This document shows, one piece after another, positions 57,448-64,000 of a DNA stretch of 64,000 bases. Made by a program: the position numbers and the translations under genes. Each line of letters opens with the position of its first letter. Positions within the stretch are counted from its first letter, which is position 1. Origin of the DNA: Actinomycetota bacterium (lineage in GTDB: Bacteria > Actinomycetota > Actinomycetes > S36-B12 > UBA10799); NCBI GenBank assembly GCA_963169225.1, contig CAUJDH010000088.1:22718-86717 (forward strand), read 5' to 3'. A model generated the notes under the pieces. The model had not been told where the DNA came from. It saw only the letters and a program-made list of their open reading frames with translations, and ran no database searches.

Positions 57448-58622
57448 GAGTAGTTCAAGTTCTCAAGGTACGAAGCTAGGTTCCGCGAAGTCTCTGTCAC
57501 GCTGTCGCCACCGAACTTCTCGAGCACCGCATCAGCCAACACAAGAGCAACCATTGCTTCGGCGACGATTCCTGCCGCTGGCACCGCACAGACATCCGAA
57601 CGCTGATTGTGTGCACGAGCTTCCTCGCCGGTCGCTGTGTCGATTGTGCGCAAAGCTTTGGGAACAGTCGAGATCGGCTTCATGGCCGCACGGACGCGCA
57701 GGATCTCGCCAGTCGACATACCGCCTTCCGTGCCCCCTGAGCGACCGGATACCCGGTGAATCTGTCCATCAGCGTATTCGATTTCGTCATGCGCTAGTGA
57801 GCCTCGTGTACGAGCAAGCTCGAAACCGTCACCGACTTCGACGCCCTTGATGGCCTGGATGCCCATAAGCGCACCGGCCAGCTTGGCATCAAGCCTGCGA
57901 TCCCAGTGCACATGGGATCCGAGCCCAGGCGGCAATCCACGAACCACCACCTCGACCACGCCGCCGAGGGTGTCGCCATCCTTCTTGGCAGCGTCGATCT
58001 CGGCAAGTATCGCCTCGGTCGCTTGCGCATCTGCACAACGAACAGGGTTCTCGTCAATCACTTCACGTTCGTCCCACGATGGCAAGTCTCCAGAAGTCGA
58101 TTCGACTGAACCGATCGACACCACATGGCTAATCAGCGAAATTCCGCCGACCTCTGCCAAGAAGGAGCGAGCGACCCCACCCAATGCCACACGCGCCGCC
58201 GTCTCACGAGCACTCGCACGCTCCAAAATCGGCCGCGAATCGTCATGGTTGTACTTCTGCATCCCAACCAAATCGGCATGACCTGGACGTGGACGTGTCA
58301 GTGGTGCATTGCGCGCAATACCGGCAAGCTCCTCAGGATCGACCGGATCAGGCGACATAACCTGTTCCCATTTAGGCCATTCGCTGTTGCCCACTTGAAT
58401 AGCAATTGGCCCACCTTGGCTCAGCCCATGTCGCACGCCGCCCAGGATCGAAATCTCGTCCTGTTCGAACTTCATGCGGGCACCACGCCCCACACCGAGT
58501 CTGCGTCGACGCAACTCCTCGGCAAGCATGGCACTATCAACTGGCACGCCAGCAGGCAACCCTTCAAGGATTGCAACCAAAGCTGGGCCGTGCGATTCTC
58601 CCGCAGTCAACCAACGAAGCAT
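57444..58622 (-). CDS. aroC: Chorismate synthase
   Basis: This 392 aa ORF has the motifs [23 protein letters not shown] and [14 protein letters not shown]-like [12 protein letters not shown]. Confidence 0.96.
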   Translation of the reverse strand: MLRWLTAGESHGPALVAILEGLPAGVPVDSAMLAEELRRRRLGVGRGARMKFEQDEISILGGVRHGLSQGGPIAIQVGNSEWPKWEQVMSPDPVDPEELAGIARNAPLTRPRPGHADLVGMQKYNHDDSRPILERASARETAARVALGGVARSFLAEVGGISLISHVVSIGSVESTSGDLPSWDEREVIDENPVRCADAQATEAILAEIDAAKKDGDTLGGVVEVVVRGLPPGLGSHVHWDRRLDAKLAGALMGIQAIKGVEVGDGFELARTRGSLAHDEIEYADGQIHRVSGRSGGTEGGMSTGEILRVRAAMKPISTVPKALRTIDTATGEEARAHNQRSDVCAVPAAGIVAEAMVALVLADAVLEKFGGDSVTETSRNLASYLENLNYS

Positions 58623-58645
58623 GACTCTATTGTTTCATGTTTTGG

Positions 58646-59110
58646 CTAAACAATGATCATTGGCCACAACAGACCTAGCGCCGCACCAATCGTCATGAAT
58701 GGAGCAAACGGCAATCGAGACCGCAACCCCGAGTGATGGACGGCCATGCGGATCAGCCCGAACAGCGCACCGGCGATAAAAGCAGCATAGAAACCCACAA
58801 TGCTGGCACTTAGGCCAAGCGGACCAAGCATGAGTCCGACGATAGCCGCCAGCTTGACGTCACCCATGCCCATTCCAGTTGGGCTGATCAAAGCCAAAAT
58901 CAGATACGCCGCAAAAAACGCGAGTCCACCGAGCAATCCGGCCACCATGGGAGTCCAGCTGCGCTCGATCACTGACACCGCACTAAGCACAGTGACCATG
59001 ACAACTAAACCGACCACGACTAGGCGGTTGGGTATTCGATACTCACGGATGTCGATAACACTGGCTGCGAGACAGATCCCCAGCCCTAAAAATCCCCCGA
59101 TAATTAGCAC
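58646..59110 (-). CDS. A24-family prepilin peptidase (short, TadV/CpaA-like)
   Basis: This 154 aa ORF has five TM segments and a catalytic-Asp context GMGMGDVKLAAIVG. Confidence 0.75.
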   Translation of the reverse strand: MLIIGGFLGLGICLAASVIDIREYRIPNRLVVVGLVVMVTVLSAVSVIERSWTPMVAGLLGGLAFFAAYLILALISPTGMGMGDVKLAAIVGLMLGPLGLSASIVGFYAAFIAGALFGLIRMAVHHSGLRSRLPFAPFMTIGAALGLLWPMIIV

Positions 59111-59129
59111 AAGATCAACTATAAGTTGA

Positions 59130-59999
59130 TCAACGAATATCGTCTACAGCTATCCCAGAATCAGCGAGCGCCGTGAACATCGCTTCACGAATCGGCTCCA
59201 ACGGACCTTCATAGCCAGTCATCAATCGCACTTGTTCAGCTGCTTGCGCAACGAGCATCGTCAATCCCCCGACCCGGGCCCCGCCGTGCTCCACCCAAGC
59301 CTTGGCAAGCTGGTTTGTTGGTGGATCGTAGACAACATCGACGAGTACCTTGGGGCTCTCCGACACGTGTGCGGCAAGATCCTCTACCCCATTGGCGGGA
59401 ATCGTCGACACCACGATTTGTGAGTCCAGTGCAACCTGGCGCGAATCTTGCAGTGCTACCCCGGCTAACTCGACACCCAAGTCGTTCTTGGCCCAACCAA
59501 CAATCTGTTCGACATTGGCGAGGGTCCTGCCAGCGACCTGGAGTTTAACCTGTGGACTCATGGCTGCGAGTGCCGCGATTGCGGAGCGCGCCGTGGCACC
59601 AGTACCGAGTACGGTCGCACTCTGAACCGGTTCACCAAGATCCACACCTTGGCCACGCCTACCCTGTTCAATTGCGAAAATCATTCCCGCAACATCTGTG
59701 TTGTGAGCAATCCATTCGCCACCGGTCGAAACAAGCGTGTTGGCTCCCCCAGTTCGCTGTGCCATCTCAGACACGTCGGTAGCTAAACGAAGCGCCTCCT
59801 CTTTGAGTGGCATCGTCAATGAGAGTCCTGCCCAGGTGGAGTCCAAACGATCCAAGAATGGCTTCAGCTCAGCAGCCTTCACCTCAAACTTCTCGTACTC
59901 CCAATCCAAGCCCAGTTCCTTATAAGCGGCCTGATGCAGCAGCGGCGACTTGGAGTGCTCAATTGGCGAGCCTAAGACGGCTGCCATACGTACAGTCAT
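59130..59999 (-). CDS. aroE: Shikimate dehydrogenase
   Basis: This 289 aa ORF has the motifs AVLGSPIEHSKSPLLH, NTDVAG and VLGTGATARSA. Confidence 0.9.
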   Translation of the reverse strand: MTVRMAAVLGSPIEHSKSPLLHQAAYKELGLDWEYEKFEVKAAELKPFLDRLDSTWAGLSLTMPLKEEALRLATDVSEMAQRTGGANTLVSTGGEWIAHNTDVAGMIFAIEQGRRGQGVDLGEPVQSATVLGTGATARSAIAALAAMSPQVKLQVAGRTLANVEQIVGWAKNDLGVELAGVALQDSRQVALDSQIVVSTIPANGVEDLAAHVSESPKVLVDVVYDPPTNQLAKAWVEHGGARVGGLTMLVAQAAEQVRLMTGYEGPLEPIREAMFTALADSGIAVDDIR

Positions 60000-60002
60000 A
60001 AG

Positions 60003-61097
60003 CTAATTCTTCTGGTTTTCGAGTGCTGCCCGCAAGTCCTTCTGATCCTCTAGGAAGCGCTCGTAGCTATCTTCGAATCGCATCTCTGTTGTTCCTGGAA
60101 TCGACAAGAAGTACAACCAAGGTCCGTCGGCCGGCGCCAGTGTCGCCTCAAGAGCAAGCTTGCTTGGGCTTCCGATCGGGGTTGGAGGGAATCCCTGACG
60201 CGTATGCGTGTTGTAAGGATGGTCCTTCTTGAGCTGGTCGCCTGTCAGATCAATCTCGCTCGTATCGTGGTAGTAGTTGATCGTCGAGTCCATCTGGAAC
60301 GGCATGTTCTTGTCCATCCGGTTGTACATAACCCTCGAAATCTTCGGGAAATACTCCGGCAAACCCTCTGCCTCGATGATGCTCGCCATGATCAACATGT
60401 CGTACGGCTTGTGACCTTCTGCCTTAGCCTTCGCCTCAAAATCGATCTCCTTGGCAACCCGGTTGAACTCTGTCACCATCCGGGTCAAGATCGACTTGGC
60501 TGTGGCATCCGGGCCAAAGTCGTAAGTGGCCGGGTACAAAAAGCCCTCGACACTCTTGGTTCCCCAACTCGGGACTCCCAAACTCGCAGGGTTCTCAGCC
60601 GCCGATTTGAAACTTGCGACCGGAATGCCCGTGGCCTTCGATGCGGCCTCATAAATCTGGTTCGCACGCATACCCTCTTTAACCACGACCAATCGACTGA
60701 TCAGGTTCGTTGGATCGGTCAAATAGTCGAGTGCTCCCTGCGCGCTCATCTGTTGTTTCATCCGGTAGAAGCCGGCTTGGATTCCAGTTGCGCGCGAATC
60801 CCGACTAGCAGCCTTGACGAATGCCGAGGCAGAAGCAACGACGTCTTTATTCTCGAGCTCGTCGCCAATCGTGGGAATGGCCGCACCCTTTGGTACCTCA
60901 ACCATCACTTCGCCGGTACCAGGACCTGGATAGTCGGGACCACTGTCGCCGAAGTTCTTATAAGCGAACCAACCCGCCGCGACTATCAGAGCAACGATGA
61001 TCACGATGATCGCCACTATCAGTCCGCGTGAACGCTTATGTTCCGGCGACGGTTCGTGCGATTCCTCGCTGGTCATGTTGAGGCCTACGTGACTCAT
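60003..61097 (-). CDS. mltG: Endolytic murein transglycosylase MltG (YceG-like)
   Basis: This 364 aa ORF has an N-terminal TM and the motifs ASIIEAE, YNRMDKNMPFQMDST, YNTH and GFPPTPIGSP. Confidence 0.9.
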   Translation of the reverse strand: MSHVGLNMTSEESHEPSPEHKRSRGLIVAIIVIIVALIVAAGWFAYKNFGDSGPDYPGPGTGEVMVEVPKGAAIPTIGDELENKDVVASASAFVKAASRDSRATGIQAGFYRMKQQMSAQGALDYLTDPTNLISRLVVVKEGMRANQIYEAASKATGIPVASFKSAAENPASLGVPSWGTKSVEGFLYPATYDFGPDATAKSILTRMVTEFNRVAKEIDFEAKAKAEGHKPYDMLIMASIIEAEGLPEYFPKISRVMYNRMDKNMPFQMDSTINYYHDTSEIDLTGDQLKKDHPYNTHTRQGFPPTPIGSPSKLALEATLAPADGPWLYFLSIPGTTEMRFEDSYERFLEDQKDLRAALENQKN

Positions 61098-61591
61098 GGT
61101 CTCCCTAAAATAGTGCCGAGCTGCGCCCCCGTTGATCGCTCAGCATCCAAAGCTGTCTGCAAAATAATGACAGCCGCAGCCTGATCAATCATGGATCTCC
61201 CTTGGCGCGTCGAAATTCCGGCCGAATGAAGATTTTGCTGTGCCTGCACAGTCGACAGCCTTTCGTCTAGCAAAATCACGGGCGTGTCGGGATTCGCTTG
61301 CGCAACTTTTTGCGCAAAATCTCGGGCCAGTTCAGCAGCTTTTCCTTCACGTCCCGACAGCCCCAGTGGATTACCCACCAGCACCTCAAGGACTTCGTAT
61401 TCTGCGATTAGACGCCCGATTTGCTCAATTGGATTCGTGGTGTGCTGCACGCCTTTGCCAGCCTTGGCAGCCGAAGACTTGGTCAGGTGAATCGTCTCTA
61501 CTGGCACCGCCAGAGTGCCTTCAATATCACTTCGAGCCACGCCGATCCGTGCGGCACCGACATCAATACCAAGCCTGACTCCGCGCCTCAA
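61094..61591 (-). CDS. ruvX: YqgF/RuvX putative pre-16S rRNA nuclease
   Basis: This 165 aa ORF has the motifs LGIDVGAARIGVA, LVGNPL and DERLSTV. Confidence 0.9.
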   Translation of the reverse strand: MRRGVRLGIDVGAARIGVARSDIEGTLAVPVETIHLTKSSAAKAGKGVQHTTNPIEQIGRLIAEYEVLEVLVGNPLGLSGREGKAAELARDFAQKVAQANPDTPVILLDERLSTVQAQQNLHSAGISTRQGRSMIDQAAAVIILQTALDAERSTGAQLGTILGRP

Positions 61592-61603
61592 GAGAGAACT
61601 CGC

Positions 61604-64000
61604 TTACGCGCCGAGTGCAGATTTGAGGGCAGATACAGCAGCTTCAAATCCTCGCTCAAGGCCTTGGCTGTTTGATCCACCACCCTGGGCGATATCTGCC
61701 TTGCCGCCGCCTTTGCCATCGACTTCGGCCAAAGTGGCACGCAAAAGATCATTCGCACTTGCTCCACGTTGTTGAGCTAAGTCATTCGCCGCGGCAACAA
61801 CTGACACTTTGTCGCCGTCAACCGCGGCACCCACGAACGCCACCGGAATGTCCGAACGAGCCATGCCTTGTGCGCGCTGCACGATACCTCGGAGTTCTTT
61901 CGCCGATAGATCTTGAGGCAGAGTAAATGTCCAGATCCGTGCATCGCCAACCTCAGTATGGCCGCCAATCAGGTTCGACATATTGGCCGTTACCTTTTCA
62001 GCCTTGAGCTTGTCGACCTCACGTTCAGCATCCTTCAAGCGAGTGACCATGCCGGAGACTCGCTCCACGAGCTCCTCCGGCTTAGTTGCAAGAATGTCGG
62101 TGAGTTGCCCAACCATGTCACGCTCACGCGCCAAGTAGTCATAAGCACTCAAACCAACTACAGCTTCAAGTCGACGCGAGCCTGAACCAACCGAGGCCTC
62201 TGAAGTAATCGCCAAGGGACCAATCTGAGAACTCGAATCAACGTGGGTTCCACCGCAAAGTTCGCGAGACCAAGGGCCACCGATATCGACGACCCGCACT
62301 TCGTCACCATAAGTTTCACCGAACAGTGCCAGAGCACCTTCTTGCCGCGCTTCTTCCAGAGACATGTAGCGAACCGCGACAGGCAAGTCGTCGCGAACAG
62401 CCCTGTTACTGACTTCTTCTACATCGAGTCGTGCTTGCGGCGACAGTGCTTGACCCCATGAGAAGTCCAGTCGCAGATAACCAGGTCGGTTGAACGAACC
62501 GGACTGGGTAGCACTCGGTCCCAGCACCTCTCGTAAAGCAGCATGGACAACGTGAGTACCAGAATGCGCTTGACGTGCGTCACGACGCCAGCTTGGATCA
62601 ACCTTTGCCTCGACTGAGTCTTCAAGTACCAATTCACCATTAGTGACGCGTACTTTGTGGGCCACCAAACCCTTGACCGGCCGTTGAACGTCGAGCACCT
62701 CAACCGCAACACCGTCTCCGACCAAGTGACCGGCATCAGCATGCTGACCACCAGATTCGGCATAGAAAGTTGTACGGTCCAAAATCACTGTCCCGATCTC
62801 GCCGTTGGCTAACGACGGAACAGGTTCACCATCACGCACGATCGCCAACACCTTGGCTTGAGTGTCCAGACCTTCGTACGCCAGCCAATCGGTGGAACCG
62901 TTGGCGTCGAAAATATCGCGGAACACCGTCAAATCAGCGAGTGAAGCCTTACGGTTCTGGGCGTCCTCTTTGGCTCGATGACGTTGGTCGGCCATGAGCT
63001 CCTGGAAGCCAGCTTGATCTACCTCAAGGCCCGCTTCTTCTGCAAGTTCCAAAGTCAGGTCAATAGGAAAGCCGTAGGTGTCGTGCAACTGAAACGCCTT
63101 GGCACCCGGCAGGATTTTGCTGGAGTTCGACTTCTGCTCCTCGACCGCACTATTGAAGATCTGGGTTCCAGATCGCAGAGTTTCAAGAAATGACTTCTCC
63201 TCGTTGGCAGCGATCGTGGCGATTCGATCGTGATCATCGACCAGCTCGGAGTATTGCGGGCCCATAGCGCGAACCACAGCATCGATCAGTTCACGCATTA
63301 CTGGTTCGGTGGCACCGAGCACACGCATCTTAAGTACGACGCGTCGCACGATTCGGCGAAGGACGTAGCCGCGACCTTCGTTTCCTGGAGTCACGCCGTC
63401 GGCAATCATGAAGGCGGCAGTCCGCGCATGGTCAGCTACTACACGTAGGGCAACATCCGACTCTTCACTACTGCCGTACTTCACTTTGGTTATAGCCGAT
63501 GCCTCATCCAAAATGATCTTGGTCGTATCAATCTCGTAGATGTTGTCGACGTTCTGAAGTACGGCTGCCAAGCGCTCTAGACCTGCTCCAGTGTCAATGT
63601 TCTTGGCCGGAAGCGACCGGATGATCTCGAAGTTGTCCTTGCCTGTTCCCTCTCCGCGCTCAGACTCCATAAAGACGAGATTCCAGATCTCCATATAGCG
63701 ATCTTCGTCAGCGATCGGGCCGCCCTCAACGCCATGCTCAGGGCCGCGATCGTAGTAGATCTCGCTACAAGGGCCACAAGGCCCTGGAACACCCATCGAC
63801 CAGAAGTTGTCTGCCATACCTCGACGCTGAATACGTTCAGCAGGAACCTCAGTCTCTTTGAGCCAAATATCGATGCTCTCGTCATCGTCTTCGTAGACCG
63901 TCACCCACAGCCGCTCTTTATCAAGCGCAAAACCACCGTCAGCAATCGGTTTGGTCAACAATTCCCATGCAAATGGAATAGCTTGTGCCTTGAAATAGTC
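61604..64000 (-). CDS. alaS: Alanine--tRNA ligase (N-terminus outside window)
   Basis: The frame is open to the right edge of the window. It has the AlaRS core (FWSMG..GPCGPCSEIYYD), an editing domain (HSGTHVVHAAL; WSRELCGGTHV) and a C-terminal DHHA1-like GGGKADIAQGGG. Confidence 0.95.
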   Translation of the reverse strand, partial: DYFKAQAIPFAWELLTKPIADGGFALDKERLWVTVYEDDDESIDIWLKETEVPAERIQRRGMADNFWSMGVPGPCGPCSEIYYDRGPEHGVEGGPIADEDRYMEIWNLVFMESERGEGTGKDNFEIIRSLPAKNIDTGAGLERLAAVLQNVDNIYEIDTTKIILDEASAITKVKYGSSEESDVALRVVADHARTAAFMIADGVTPGNEGRGYVLRRIVRRVVLKMRVLGATEPVMRELIDAVVRAMGPQYSELVDDHDRIATIAANEEKSFLETLRSGTQIFNSAVEEQKSNSSKILPGAKAFQLHDTYGFPIDLTLELAEEAGLEVDQAGFQELMADQRHRAKEDAQNRKASLADLTVFRDIFDANGSTDWLAYEGLDTQAKVLAIVRDGEPVPSLANGEIGTVILDRTTFYAESGGQHADAGHLVGDGVAVEVLDVQRPVKGLVAHKVRVTNGELVLEDSVEAKVDPSWRRDARQAHSGTHVVHAALREVLGPSATQSGSFNRPGYLRLDFSWGQALSPQARLDVEEVSNRAVRDDLPVAVRYMSLEEARQEGALALFGETYGDEVRVVDIGGPWSRELCGGTHVDSSSQIGPLAITSEASVGSGSRRLEAVVGLSAYDYLARERDMVGQLTDILATKPEELVERVSGMVTRLKDAEREVDKLKAEKVTANMSNLIGGHTEVGDARIWTFTLPQDLSAKELRGIVQRAQGMARSDIPVAFVGAAVDGDKVSVVAAANDLAQQRGASANDLLRATLAEVDGKGGGKADIAQGGGSNSQGLERGFEAAVSALKSALGA

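Overview
This window is a gene-dense, almost entirely minus-strand stretch of core chromosome with Actinomycetota-type synteny. There is no ftsA, SepF is present, a PriA-type hisA is present, and IleRS is type 2. By eye the sequence is moderately GC-rich.

Left to right, the window contains:
- trpA(partial)-trpB-trpC, then small membrane proteins and a two-component system, then trpE.
- The his operon: hisI, hisF, priA, hisH, hisB, hisC, hisD.
- ybaK, dnaE, rluD, lspA, a DksA/TraR zinc-finger gene and ileS.
- The division block yggT-sepF-yggS-pgeF-ftsZ.
- A complete dcw cluster: ftsQ-murC-murG-ftsW-murD-mraY-murF-murE-ftsI-ftsL-rsmH-mraZ.
- One tRNA.
- A roughly 6.5 kb accessory-looking segment with a secreted Gly-repeat/FN3-like protein and a regulator, NnrS-like membrane protein and membrane-anchored cupredoxin-NirK module.
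- nusB-efp-pepQ-aroQ-aroB-aroK-aroC, a prepilin peptidase, aroE-mltG-ruvX and alaS(partial).

Many neighbouring genes overlap by 1-8 nt (ATGA/GTGA), which is consistent with long translationally coupled operons. Several ORF-track entries carry spurious N-terminal extensions, and I trimmed these using upstream stop positions and Shine-Dalgarno (SD) motifs.

The most unusual items are:
- A three-module NirK (polytopic membrane domain, cupredoxin, complete NirK core) with a paralogous NnrS-like partner and a Cys-motif winged-helix (wHTH) regulator.
- A well-folded 74-nt class-I tRNA that carries a Leu anticodon (CAA).
- A solute symporter wedged between ftsQ and ftsZ.
- No divIVA at its conserved slot.
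- A pgeF gene whose conserved N-terminus has no canonical start codon.
- Three 10-bp-phased AAAGTGG boxes upstream of mraZ.

I saw no CRISPR array, IS element, integrase or rRNA.
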